From positions 15,872,001 to 15,936,000 of the forward strand of contig CP075492.1 of assembly GCA_021613535.1 (NCBI GenBank): a stretch of 64,000 nt of DNA, given 5' to 3'. Below are positions 1-12,918 of this stretch, one piece after another (position 1 is the first letter of the stretch; every line of letters begins with the position of its first letter). The stretch is from Adineta vaga (Eukaryota; Animalia; Rotifera). The notes under the pieces are model-generated. The model did no database searches. It had not been told where the DNA came from and saw only the letters and a program-made list of their open reading frames with translations. A program made the translations under genes and the position numbers.

Positions 1-86
1 CCGAAGGTTTAGCATTTGACGAAGATGGAAATCTGTATGTAGCCGATTCTAACAATCATCGTATTCAAAGATTCAATATTAGCTAA
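1..86 (+). CDS. 3' end of an NHL-repeat (beta-propeller) protein, truncated by the window edge
   Basis: Frame from nt 3 reads EGLAFDEDGNLYVADSNNHRIQRFNIS*, a typical NHL repeat. Confidence 0.75.
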   Translation, partial: EGLAFDEDGNLYVADSNNHRIQRFNIS

Positions 87-667
87 ACTTAAAACTATTT
101 ATTTTCTTTTCAAACTAAATCATTTAGAACCATTACTTGATTACTCATGTATTTTTGTATACAAAATATATTCAATTTATCTAAACTTCTCATATGACCT
201 GCAATACTCGATGAGAAATCTTGATAGCTATTGTCATGGACTTCGTCCATAATTCTTTTTCTCTTTCTTATTCACCCTCACCCACACCTTGTTTTTGTTA
301 TCATTAATAGTTCACAAATAACCATTTTAATCAAATATTTTTGATGTTTTAGGTACATGGGATGTACGTTTTATTTCATGGCTCTGTTTTATAGGTTTGT
401 AGGTGTATGAATGGAAGAAAATAACAATAATATTTAATTGAATATCAAAGACTTGTCTTTCAAATGAAGCTTAGCCGTTTTGATAAAAATAGACCTTGGT
501 AATTGATCTAACTGTTAATCATTTTTCGTTTTGAAGTATCATATTTTCAATTTCTATTTCTTTTTTAAAATTAGAATATGGAATAGATGAAATCAATATT
601 TAAATCTCTTGCAGTAGTAGTTATAAACGATCGTTTGAAATAAAAAGAACAGACATCGATCACTAGA

Positions 668-1896
668 ATGCAGTACCATTTAACAATACTTGTCATTTCA
701 CTATTGGTAAATTTTTGTGTTAGTCTACAACCGGCAGATAAAAATGCTAATGCTAAAACAAGAGCAATTTTCGACTTCATAGGAGGATTACCACAGCAAG
801 GTAAGTTTATTTTAGATTGTAGAATTATGACTATTTCAAATATGATAGGTAAATATCTATCGGGTCAATTTGCTGGATGGTCGAATATTAGTTTTAATTT
901 GAGTCAAATAAACGAAATCGAAAATTTAACTGGACATACTCCAGCTTTAATTGGATGTGATTATGCTGCTGGATGGGCTACTGGGCCACCTCCATCGCAA
1001 ATCGATTATTCGTGTAATGAATATTTAAAAGATCATTCAAATAAACGTGGTTTAGTTCAAATCGAGGATCATTTTCCAAATCCAGTGTTTCCAGATGGTG
1101 GTGGATTAAGAAATAAATCCAACTTAGTTTTTTCAGATCTATTGAAACCGGAAACAGAAACTGGTAAACGATGGAGATTATATCTTGATGTCGTAGCTGA
1201 AGGTTTAAATGATTTACAGCAAGCAGATGTTACTGCCTTATATCGACCTTTTCATGAAATGAATGGAGGTTGGTTTTGGTGGGGACAACAAGTAAGATAA
1301 GGTTCTTTTTTATTTTTATTAAATATAAAAATCTAAATCATGAATTTGTATTTAGAATCCTTCAGAATTTCATGCAGTCTGGCAGTCATTATTTGATTAT
1401 TTTTGTAATGAAAAAAATTTACATAATCTTCTATGGGTATTTGCACCAGATCAAGGTGCTCCAACTCCATCAATGTATTATCCAGGTGATGATTATGTTG
1501 ATATTGTTGCACTTGATGTTTATGTTGATGATCCTGTAAGATTTAAAACTTTAGTTTTTATGTATAATATCTAAAAATCGAAAATAATTTTCTTGGTTTT
1601 AGGAGAAGACACATGGATATGATGAAATGATAAAATTAAATAAACCATTTGCATTAGGTGAAGTTGGTCCACATACTCCTAATGGAAGTTTTGATTATAG
1701 CTTATGGTATTAATTTATTTATTAAGAAAAAGAATTCTTATTTAATTTGTTTTTATTTAGGTCAACTGCAATTCCAAATCACTTTAAATTAGTGTCATAT
1801 TTTCATGCATGGAATGATATGTGGTCACCAATTAGAGAAAAAAATGCCTATGCATTATACAACAATCCACATGTCATCAATCGGGATCAAATTTAA
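668..1896 (+). CDS. Secreted glycoside hydrolase family 26 (beta-mannanase), 5 exons
   Basis: Signal peptide; GH26 motifs RPFHEMNGGWFWWG, LLWVFAP, YYPGDDYVDIVALDVY, KPFALGEVG. GT-AG introns at 801-848, 1292-1355, 1536-1602 and 1707-1760 give a continuous frame ending at TAA 1894-1896. Confidence 0.9.
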
Positions 1897-2293
1897 TTTA
1901 GAATTATTCCTCATTAGTTTTAATGATTAATAAAAAGCAGATTTGAAAAAAAGAGAAGCTTTCATTATTTGATTATCGAAAGTTTTGAGGGTGTGTATGG
2001 GTTTGTGAATTAAGAAGATAATATTTACCGATTTTATTTTGGTTATCCGGGCTTCTTCTATACATCATCTTCAAGATGAAAAAGCTTGATAAAAAAGTCG
2101 TTAGAGTCTCATAAATTCAATGATAAAGGTAAAGTCATTTATCAACAAATGTGTCACATGTAAGACTATAAAATTCTCTTATCTTTGTCCTCTGTATGAT
2201 GGCTTGTATATATACATGAAAACGAAAAAATATCGGTATATTTTGCCCGTTAAGAACATCTATTAAAACTTACCATTTTTCTGTTTTTGTGCC

Positions 2294-3883
2294 ATGAATC
2301 TGCAATTAATATTACAAATAGTTTGTACCCTACTCTATGGTATACAAACTATCAATATGATAGTTTTAAGAAATCAAAAGAATATAGATGAAACTGCTCA
2401 ATATTATGAAAAACTTATTCAAGGTGATACTAGTAAACTTTCGGAGTTGAATATATTTCTAAGTCATATGCCTAAAGGTGGTGATCTACATCATCATTAT
2501 TCCGGTTCTATCTATGCCGAGACTTATTTAACATGGGTTGCGAAACACAATTATTGTATTTATCGTGAAGATGACAAGGTATTAAAAATTCAAAAATTTA
2601 GAATTGAAACAAAAGTTTCCGAATTGTCCGAAGCAGCGAAAGCTCTTTGTTTTACTGCTGATGCAACACGTTTAGATAATGATTTCTATCGTGAATTATT
2701 AAAGCGTTGGTCTAACATCGATTATATGAATCATTATCACGAACAACTGCCACCGGATCAACAATTTTTTGATACATTCGGCTTTTTTGGTCCCGTGTCC
2801 TATCAAGAATTTAATGAAGGTTTAACATGGATAAAAACTACAGCTATCAATGAAAACGTGCAATACATAGAAACAATGTTAACAAGTGGCCCTAATCTTA
2901 TGGTTGCAGATGAATTGATTAACACAATTAATAGCTTAACTTCAAAATCCAATGATGATGACATCGATAGAGCATTAACCATTTATTATGATACAGTTGT
3001 AAATGATACTACAGTGAATACTACAATTGATAATTATGTGAGAATGATTGAAACAGCAGCAGACGGAATCAATGATAGCAATTTTACATTACGTTTTCAA
3101 AGTTATGTAACGAGAAGTAATACACCTGCTCGTGTATTTGCCAGTCTATTTTCTTCATTCTCTGCTGCTATGCGTAGTCAATGGATAGTTGGTGTTAATA
3201 TCGTCGGTCCAGAAAATGGCTTCGTTTCCATGCGAGATTATACATTACATATGAAAATGTTTCGTTTTCTCAAACGACATTTTCCCAATGTTAAACTCGC
3301 AATGCATGCCGGAGAATTAGCATTGGGTTTAGTACCACCCGAAGGTTTACAATTTCATATAAGTGAAGCAATAGAAATAGCAGGAGCAAATCGAATTGGA
3401 CATGGTATTGATATATTTTACGAACGTAATTCTTACGAACTTTTACAGAAGATGAAAGAACGTCAAATAGCAATCGAAGTTCTAGTTAATAGTAATGCAT
3501 TCATTTTAGGTATTCAAAATGAAGCACATCCAATGCTAGTTTACAAAGCACATGATATACCTTTAGTAATCGCTACAGATGATGCCGGTGTATCACGTTC
3601 CACAATGACTAATGAATATCTCATCTTTTGTGATCGTTATAAACCAAATTATAAAGAATTGAAAACTTTAGTCTATAATAGTATTAAGTTTTCTTTCTTG
3701 AACAACAACGATAAAGAAGAACAAATGAAGAAATTAGATAAACATTTTGAAGAATTTGAAATTATGATTGCGCATGTGGTCAGTACATTGGGCTATCCAG
3801 GTGTTCTTCCTTCGAATTCGTCATTTAAAACAACTGTTTCACACATTTTTCTGTTATATTTTTTCATCAAATTAATATTTTAA
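2294..3883 (+). CDS. Adenosine deaminase family protein with signal peptide and hydrophobic C-terminus, single exon
   Basis: 529-aa ORF with metal/catalytic motifs MPKGGDLHHH, HAGE, RIGHG, ATDDAG. Confidence 0.88.
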   Translation: MNLQLILQIVCTLLYGIQTINMIVLRNQKNIDETAQYYEKLIQGDTSKLSELNIFLSHMPKGGDLHHHYSGSIYAETYLTWVAKHNYCIYREDDKVLKIQKFRIETKVSELSEAAKALCFTADATRLDNDFYRELLKRWSNIDYMNHYHEQLPPDQQFFDTFGFFGPVSYQEFNEGLTWIKTTAINENVQYIETMLTSGPNLMVADELINTINSLTSKSNDDDIDRALTIYYDTVVNDTTVNTTIDNYVRMIETAADGINDSNFTLRFQSYVTRSNTPARVFASLFSSFSAAMRSQWIVGVNIVGPENGFVSMRDYTLHMKMFRFLKRHFPNVKLAMHAGELALGLVPPEGLQFHISEAIEIAGANRIGHGIDIFYERNSYELLQKMKERQIAIEVLVNSNAFILGIQNEAHPMLVYKAHDIPLVIATDDAGVSRSTMTNEYLIFCDRYKPNYKELKTLVYNSIKFSFLNNNDKEEQMKKLDKHFEEFEIMIAHVVSTLGYPGVLPSNSSFKTTVSHIFLLYFFIKLIF

Positions 3884-3886
3884 TAA

Positions 3887-4902
3887 TCAGTTGAATAAAA
3901 CGAGTCTTTGAAAACGACGATATAATTTTCTAATTCTTTTGAAAAAAACTTCGCGAAAATATTTTCTTGCTAAAGTGGAGAAATAAAATGAAGTTGCAAA
4001 ACTGAAATAATACAATGCAAAACCAAGTCGAATACAAAAATCTTCGATAACTTTTTCATGTGTAGTTTTATTTAAATTTCCACTTGTTAATGTTGAATAG
4101 GTATAAGAACCTAAACGTAATAGAACAAGTACTGAACTGATGAAAATTTGAACGATAATCATCTACAAAAAAAGAATTCAAAACTAAAATGTAGAGAAGG
4201 AAATATTCATCAAACCATAATTAATTGAGATTCCGAACGTTTTGTTCGTGTTAACATTGGCATTGTTCGTTGCCGTGTTTGTTTGACATTTCGTAAGATA
4301 AGAAAAATAAAAATTAACATTAATAAATGAGGTACAAGTGAAACAATACAAATTAAATAAATAGCAAAATATATGGTATAAATACTTCCTGGTGAAACTT
4401 GACAAGTACGATTATTTATATTATAAAATATCAAGACATGAAGAGATCCAAGAATACCTAAAACAAATAGAATGATTGAAAGCCGACGTGCCAATTTTAA
4501 GTGACTTAATGAACGTATGTAAATGTTTTTCGATGTGGAAAAATATCGATCAATGATTGCAAATAAGATATAATAGGTGACTAACATGGGAAATGTTATC
4601 GATATATAATAACGAATTTTACAAAATATTATTGATTGACGTTCCAAGTTATTTCCAAAATTATCCAGAGCAATTCGTGTTGGAACGATAAACAGTATGG
4701 AAAAGATTTCAAATATAGTTGAACATAATAAATAAAATACGGAAGAATTATTTCGTAATCGAGGTGCAGTGTATGTTATTATGTTACAAATACCACCGAT
4801 TGTACCAAATATGATTGTTACGAAGTTGATATATAATGGAACTATACCGATAATTTTAGTTAATATTGATGAATATGTTGTTATATTCGTTGATATGTTC
4901 AT
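3887..4902 (-). CDS. Rhodopsin-like 7TM GPCR, 2 exons
   Basis: TM1 GTIGGICN, CKIRYY, AIIDRY (DRY motif), TM7 followed by YFREVF; GT-AG intron 4163-4215 joins the two ORFs. Confidence 0.85.
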
Positions 4903-6083
4903 ATTTTCTTTTTCTAATCTATGAACTTTTGATAAATGTACGGAGATGGTATTAACGATGAGAGAAGATTTTCTTTATATTTATTAATGCGCGAATCGTA
5001 GTTAATAAATGTAGAAAATACGAAGAAAACGACTTGTGACAGTTAAGAGAAAATGTAGGGAGGGAGAGAATGTGATGAACTAGTTTGCATGTCTGAAGTT
5101 TTATTTATCATTTTAATGACCTGACTTTTTTCTCCAACACATGCAATATTAGTGAAGAATGTTCTGCAAGTAGATAATTTATATAATGAGTACTTGTGAA
5201 TTCTTTCTTTCAAAACAAATGACGTCAATTTTATTTTGGTCCATGTTTCTTCTATCGTTATATTTAATAAGTGTATGCAGATAAATCTATAATCCGATTA
5301 CAATTAAATTCTAATGGTTAGATATACTTTTGTGATAAGAACATTTTTCGATTCATATATATATATATGTATACGTCGTTCAAGAACTTTTATTATAAAT
5401 ATTATTCATTCAATTGATTCAATGATGATCGGTGCTGTGCTTTTAATAGTTATATTGAAACAAATTCCTGATTTGGTATCATCAGGCTTAATTCCCACGG
5501 CTATATATAAAAAATTCCAACCAGTTTTGCAAAACGCTTCACCATTTGAATGGGGGTTGGGAAGTCAGAGAACATGGTGATTTAACCAAATGAACGCTAA
5601 TTATCATTTTGTATGTTCTCGCTTGGAAATTATTTATTTATCTGATGGTACTCATGTGATTGATGCAAGTGCACGACTTCGATCTTATCAACAGATCGAA
5701 ATCCTTAACGTTCAATTGAATGCAAAATTAACATAGTATAACTCTTATTAAACATATATCGGAGATTTACGATTACTAAATATTTAACATTAATATAATC
5801 AATATAAAAAGAGATTGCCAAAGGCATTAATTAGTCGTTCTAGAATATCATCTACATTTGGTTGGTTGAACAAACTTAAACGTCAACTGTGTTTTCCTGT
5901 GAATTTCATTTGAATGGAATCTCCTCCAATCAAGAAGAGATCAAAAGAGCAGTTAATAATGCAATACGCCAATGTCTTTGCTTACACCTAAACTTATACA
6001 TTTTATGCATCTTTAATATATTGAATAAACTGTATCATTTTGATTCTTTCATGATTTTATTTCAATAGAACAAATAAAATACA

Positions 6084-7019
6084 TTAATTGTTCATACATT
6101 TCCGTTTAATTGACAACAAAAACTTGAGAAAATCTTTACGAAATGCTTTTGAAGCTACAATATATATGTAAAAAGGTACAGCACAATTCACATAAATAAG
6201 TATGAGTCCAATCAACGAAATAAACGTTTCAATATTAATCCGTTCAAGACTTTTACTTACATTCATATAATTACTGACTGTAGTTTCAAGAAGAATACAT
6301 GGATAGACTAACATTGTTACAACAGAAACACTCGCTTCACCAAGGACCATAACAAATAAATCTCGATCTCGATCTTGAATAATAATATTATCACCATTCA
6401 TATTTTCACGCAAAGGTCGAACACGTGCATGTATTTGGATCACACTGCGATAAGCAAGAAAAGCAAATATAATCATTAGTATTGGTGGAATTAAACAAAC
6501 AATAATGGAAATATAAGTAAAATATATGATATCGTATATGCCAATTAACTTACACGATCCATCAATGATTGTTACTATACATAATGAAGGAATGGATATA
6601 ATATGCCAAAATATGAACAAAATTCCAATAATAAATCGAGCTTTTAAAGGTTTATTCATAAATCGAAGATACTTATATTGAGTAACTGAAACAAAACGAT
6701 CAATACATGCAAGTACTGCCAAATATGCTGCAATTTGTTGCCATGATTGAAATAAAAAGTAACGTAATTTACAAAGAATAATGAAATAATTGACAGGATT
6801 TCCATAATTCATTCCACAAAGTGATAATACAATACTGAATGTTAAATAAAGAATATTAAATACTGCTTTACTTAATATATACATTGCACATGAACTTCGA
6901 CGACGTTGAGCAAACATAATTACAATGAAAATATTACCAATATTACCCAAAACCAGGATAGTTGGAGATCCATAACGAAAGATTTCTTTTTGTAAAGATT
7001 GTGATATTGATGATGACAT
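6084..7019 (-). CDS. Rhodopsin-like 7TM GPCR
   Basis: 311 aa, seven hydrophobic segments, GNIGN, CKLR, ACIDRF, PFYIY..SKAFR. Confidence 0.88.
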   Translation of the reverse strand: MSSSISQSLQKEIFRYGSPTILVLGNIGNIFIVIMFAQRRRSSCAMYILSKAVFNILYLTFSIVLSLCGMNYGNPVNYFIILCKLRYFLFQSWQQIAAYLAVLACIDRFVSVTQYKYLRFMNKPLKARFIIGILFIFWHIISIPSLCIVTIIDGSCKLIGIYDIIYFTYISIIVCLIPPILMIIFAFLAYRSVIQIHARVRPLRENMNGDNIIIQDRDRDLFVMVLGEASVSVVTMLVYPCILLETTVSNYMNVSKSLERINIETFISLIGLILIYVNCAVPFYIYIVASKAFRKDFLKFLLSIKRKCMNN

Positions 7020-7265
7020 GGCCTTTTACTTAAACGAGTGTAATCACGCAAAGAAAATGAAAAAAATGTTCATATAATATAGGAATTATTTATTTTATAT
7101 AGAAGAAACTTCATTAATATCTTAACCTATATTAATTTATCCATCAGCATACTACCAGGTATTTGATATATAAATGAGTTGTTTTAATTAAATTGAATGT
7201 TTGTTACATAGTTGAGCAAGCAAAGTCAATTAAAGTCATTTTTTTTACTGGAAGATTTTAAGCTC

Positions 7266-7334
7266 ACTTGCGACTTGACTTGACTTGACTTGACTTGACT
7301 TGACTTGATAGAAAAATGACTTGTCCATCTCTGG
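7266..7334. repeat. (GACTT)n pentanucleotide run, possibly the subterminal repeat of a DNA-transposon end
   Basis: About 7 tandem GACTT units at 7272-7307, followed by GACTTGTCCATCTCTGG. The repeat is directly visible; the transposon-end reading is inference. Confidence 0.6.
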
Positions 7335-9487
7335 TAAAGATGAAATATGATTCAGATAAATATCGTTCGTTCTTTTTTCTATAAAATCATGTACTTTTAT
7401 ATTCTTATTCAAAAGTGGAAGAGTCTGTTTAGAAATTTCATTTTAAAGAATAAAATAAAATTTTTATGTTATCGAAAATTGCTCGAGAGGAAACAATTTA
7501 TGATACTTTTCATTTATTAATAAAAATAAAATGAATCCTAATTACATTGTGAAAATAAAAACAAAGTCTAGCAGAAAATTCATCATTGGATAAAAAGAGG
7601 ATTTGCAAGGTGGTAACATTGTAAAACGAACGCTTTTCATTTTGCTTCGTGATATTTTAGGGATTCTAGAGATGATTTTTTTGGATTGAGCATGAAAAAT
7701 TGATTTTAGAACTCAAACTATATGTTGATGATAGCGCTTCGACTCACATCGAGCGCATCGTTTTTAGACCCGTTTTGTAAACCTATCAAGTTTTTCTACG
7801 TAAAAGGTATAGTCAAATATTTTATCTCATTCAATTCATCACATCATCAGTCATGAAATTCCGCATCCCTTTTTTTCTTTTCTTTTCTTTGTAGAGAAAA
7901 GTCGTTTTTACTGACGTCATAGAAAGAGCTTTTAACGCAATCCCTGCGAGATTAAAAATAAAGAACCTTTGTCGAAAGTGACTCGTTTCACCCTTCGTCA
8001 GAATGATTAACAAAATGGAATTTACTGACTATTTCAGCAGAAAAGATTTCGTTTTCAAAAGACAACACGTTCGCGACATATGAACACATTTTATTACGTC
8101 CAATTTCTAACGAAGTAATCTTTTCACTCATGAATCTTATCATTTGATAGCTTGTCAAGCATTAAGTCTCCGTAATCAATGACTAGCCGCTGGAATTCAT
8201 AATTATTTCTCCGCTCTACTGAAAATTAAATTCAAGTTTTACACATAGGAGAACGGATACGCCTCTTGTAAATCGATACACTTTTAAATGACAAAAATTT
8301 TACTTTCTAGGGTTCTCTTCATCTTCTCTTTTATTTTCAAAAACTGATATTCGTGGGAATTCGTCATCTAAAGAGATGTGATATAGCTGTTTTAAAGAAT
8401 TATCTAAATTGTTTCACGGTAACTCTTCTATAAACGATTGATCATTTGCAAGTTTCCTTAGTATCTACTTCACTCATGGTTCAATTTTGACAAAGATAAC
8501 TATACTTACTTTCTGGTCTTTTATCATTATGATCATCAAAGAGAAAAACAGAAGGAAGAATGATTTCCTGTGTACCTCCGTACAGAATGCATTATGCAGT
8601 TACTCTTTAAACATCTTTGTTTCTCTTGAATTTTCTCATGACATTAATAGATGAGATTCAAGCAAAACGTAACCAATACCTATTTTGACCATTTTTCTAT
8701 CTCAATTCGTATAGTTAGTATATCAGTCAAATCCTTTACTTCATGGTGAATTTCGATGTTAAATTACATGAGGTTACTCTCATAGAATACATTTGTGACC
8801 ATTAATCTTTGAGCGACGACAAACAAACAGACAAATTTCAATTTTTTTCGTATCACCTTCTCTTCAGTCGAAGGAATAAAAATGTGAAACACGATAAGTC
8901 TGTATTGTATTGTTACAATCGAGATTTACAATGAATATTTGTTAATAGTATGTGACTTGAACTAAACTCGATATTATAAATTGACTTTTGTAATTTTTCA
9001 AATACTTTTGTGCGGCATTTGATTTGAATTACCAGGTATAATACAAAATTTTCAGAGACGTTCATTGTTATTGTTCACAGATGAATTGAACATTATCGAT
9101 GCCCGTGTTCAATCGAATTCTACAGATGATTCTAAAGAAGCAGTTTTTTTGCAATCTTTCATCAAAATCTGATTTATAAGTATACCCAAGTTTAAATTTT
9201 ATGTGTCTCGCATTTATCTAATGCAACACTTATAGAGATTGTTTCAGCTTATTGTTAACATTTTGTCTGAATGATGGGCAGTAGGAGGGCTGCTGATTAG
9301 GTTTATAGAGTCGTTCTATGTGACGGACACGTCTGTGTTGGCATCCACACCGTCAAGCATATTTTATATTCATGTACATTTTCAATTTTAGCATCAGAAT
9401 GAAAATGATACGAAATATAACTTATCTCAATATTTACACAGTGACAAAACAGTTTTTATTTCTCTTTTTCTTCGTTATATTTTAACT

Positions 9488-10342
9488 ATGCTTTCATCTA
9501 GTCAACCACGTGTAATTCTTGTCACAGGCGCTAATAAAGGTATTGGTTTTGAAGTGGTGAAGAAATTATTGAAAGAATCATCGATCAATAATAATGTAAT
9601 TCTACTTGGATGTCGTGATTTAAAACGAGGTCAAGATGCATTCATTCGCTTGTGTTCTCCATCGAATGTTTATTGTCTCCAACTAGATGTATCATCACGA
9701 GAAAGTATTGTCCAAGCTATAGATGAAATAAAAAACAAGTATGGCGGTCAATTGGATATATTAATCAATAATGCTGCATGTGGACAACTAGAATTGACTG
9801 TTGATTCAGCAAGACGAATGTTTTCGGTGAATTATTATGGTATCAAAATGTTGAATGAATATCTATTTCCTTTGATACGACAAAATGGTCGTATAATTAA
9901 CGTTGCTAGTGCATGTGGTCCTATTGTATTGTCTGAAGCTTCGAAATATCTTCAAGAACAATATACATCATCAACATTAACTGTAGATCAACTTGATCGT
10001 CTTGTTGAAGATTTCATCTCTTCTATAGGAACAAATCGTATTGAAGAAATGGGTTATAACCCTCAATCACTTTATTTAATTTATAGTGTGACAAAAGCGG
10101 CAGTTATCGCTCTTACTCAAATTCAAGCACGTCAATGGTCTGCTACGAAAAATGTACTTGTTCTTTCTGTCTGTCCAGGATTCTGTGCTACTGACATGAA
10201 TCAAAATGCATCCGGTGGTCGACATCCTGAATTTGGTGCCCAATCAATCTTATATGTAGTAAATACGCCTAAAGACGAACTTGAAAATGGTGGTTTCTAT
10301 CGAGATGCTCAGCGGTTACCACAAATTGGCAGAATCAATTGA
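9488..10342 (+). CDS. Short-chain dehydrogenase/reductase (carbonyl reductase-like)
   Basis: TGANKGIG Rossmann motif, LINNA, YSVTK (YxxxK), CPGFCATDM. Confidence 0.92.
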   Translation: MLSSSQPRVILVTGANKGIGFEVVKKLLKESSINNNVILLGCRDLKRGQDAFIRLCSPSNVYCLQLDVSSRESIVQAIDEIKNKYGGQLDILINNAACGQLELTVDSARRMFSVNYYGIKMLNEYLFPLIRQNGRIINVASACGPIVLSEASKYLQEQYTSSTLTVDQLDRLVEDFISSIGTNRIEEMGYNPQSLYLIYSVTKAAVIALTQIQARQWSATKNVLVLSVCPGFCATDMNQNASGGRHPEFGAQSILYVVNTPKDELENGGFYRDAQRLPQIGRIN

Positions 10343-10909
10343 GAAGGGAGTGCATGAAAAACTAGTACTCACTCACAAAGATGACTATCGCTAATTATTC
10401 ATTACGCAAAATGTTTTGAATAGGTTCTAAAACTGTCTGTAATTCTCGATTTATGATGTCAAACTTTGGAATGTTCCGTTTTTTATAAGTATAGTGAGGT
10501 AAAACTGAATATGTATTTACTAAGTAATTCAGATTTGACTATACGACAACATAATTGTTGGAAATTTCTGTAGAAATCTGAACAAATAAAAAAGATTCTG
10601 TGATGCAGACAATATTTGAATTGATTAACCAAATTCAAGACCATCTTGACGGGAATGAGGGAATTTTTGAAATAATATCACTAGCTTCTAGGAGAAATTG
10701 TTCTTGTACAGAAATAAGTTGTACAATGGTCACTATTTCTGCTATCAATTTTGACCATTTGACATACATTGGTTTTGTCTGTTGTTCGACACAGTGATGT
10801 GTAATTACTCTACTATCACCTATTGAAATGATAGATTGAATGAGAATAAATAATCGCTTATTAATGAAAACTTTATTACTGAAATAATTTTAATAACAAT
10901 AAATGAAAT

Positions 10910-12561
10910 TTATTTCATAAAAGGAAAATATCGATAGAAGTTCTCCGAATGAACAATTTGTTGATAGAAACCAAAAGAATTTAATTGAGCACAATTTCGC
11001 CGAGTTGTATCACGTGTAAAATTTTCATTAACAATTTGTACGTGTTCATAGGATATTGTTAAACGAAATAATCGAGGTAATCGAGTATTTGTGTCAACCA
11101 AAAATTGTTCTGAATAATCTAAATAACTGATCAAAAAGTCTAGTTTGTTAAGATAAGAAAATTCAATAATCGTTGATTGATTTAAATGTTTATATTCTTG
11201 TGCTTTTTCATTGCAAATACACAGTTAAGTAAGATATGGAAAAAATTGATGTTCAAATGGACAATCCATATCCATTAAGGTCAAAGATCGAACATTTGGA
11301 ATTAAACCACCTGGAAAATGTGAACTGAAATAAAGAGTTTCATTGATTGTATATGGAAGAGAAAAGCTATGAGATTGTACACATCCATATAGATCATATT
11401 CGATATAAGATATGACTTGGCCATATTTTCGATCATTGAATGACTTTTGTAATTCATCATTTGTTTGTTCATCTGATCGAAGGGAAGTTTTTATTTCAAA
11501 ATTAAATCTTTGGAGTTGTGGCATATAAAAAAAGATTTGATTTTTGAAATGAAAACCTTCGATAACTGTTGAAGTTCGATCAATAGACAAACATAATGTC
11601 AATATTTCGAGAGAAATCATTCGTTGTAGAAGCGGTAAAATAGAATTATCATATTCTGATGTTGTTTTCGATGAAGTTAATGAAAAACATCGAAGATTAT
11701 GTAAGACCTGCAAAGTAAAGTTAAATAATGAACATTTCTCTTGAGATATGTTTACCTTATTTTCAATAGCGAATATTGCAGATTGAATTTTATAAATACG
11801 AACGATAAATTTACGTAGATAAATCAATCGACCATAAAGAAGATGTAAACAATCATCTAATGTATCAACGTCGATACTTAAATTCACAATATTTTGTAGA
11901 AAAGAATTCGTTTGACATGACTCATCAATAGTCAAATGTGCATATCGACGCCAAAAACCATGGCAAGTGAAAGTGAAATCACTTAAATTTGAAAATATGG
12001 AAGAAATAAATGCATAGAGATTCTCATTGCCATTAATAAGTAAGACTTTCAATTTGGAATCATCAACTGAAACATTCAAATGTGTTATTTTTTGTTTGAA
12101 AAGATCCAGAAATGGTGATTTATATCTCAATTCAATTGAATAAAAATATTTTCATACCAATAAAATAATGTCTTGTTGATTGATGGCCAAAATTGACAAG
12201 GATCAATTTGTGTAGATGAGGATATTGACCTGTACATAGAATACGCTCCATCGAATACGGCTCAGGCGTTAAACATTCGATATTTTCCTGTATTTCTAGT
12301 AAAAAAAGAAGCACAAAGTCGATTTAATAAAGAATCGGATAATGAACAATAATTTTGATTAGAATCTTTATCAATAAGTTCAATCGAACGAGTATAATTG
12401 ATGTCACTGATTAATCTATTGAATCTTTTATTAACACCAATAAATGAGTAAAATAAATGAAGATTGGAAAGTTTATTCCAAATTAAAATTACAAGTTCAT
12501 CGGGTAAATCTTCTAGAGAAACCATTTCAACTGATTCAAATTTATTCAATAATGATACCAT
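10910..12561 (-). pseudogene. F-box protein with LRR-like C-terminus; frameshifted
   Basis: F-box LEDLPDELVILIWNKLSNLHLFYSFIGVNKRFNRL followed by ORF pieces 12132-12314, 11225-12130 and 10910-11134. Frame breaks near 12300 (A-run) and near 11225 are not explained by obvious introns; they could be consensus errors. Confidence 0.7.
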
Positions 12562-12918
12562 TTATACAAAGTATGCCAAGAAAAAGCATCAACAAATTAG
12601 GAATAAACAAATTGAAAAGAATGACATTCTGTTATCGGTCGAAAGGTCATGCAATGAACTTGTCTGCTGTGAACCAGAATTCTCGTCAATGATTTGAGGG
12701 TGTGGATGTGATTAATATGTAAAGATGATACCCACACCCTCATAGATCTATGATATTTCTATAGTTATATTATAAGTCGAATCAGACATCTATTCCAAAA
12801 ATGTTATCATTAATATAAATTTTATCATATTGTTCAAAAACAATATTATTAACAAAGCAACATAATCGATAGAAAGCAGAAAATTAGAATGATCATTTCA
12901 TGTTAGTTCGTAATATAA

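Noticed and set aside
668-3883. Bacterial contamination
   Set aside because: The GH26 gene has spliceosomal introns and is contiguous with GPCR genes of similar base composition.
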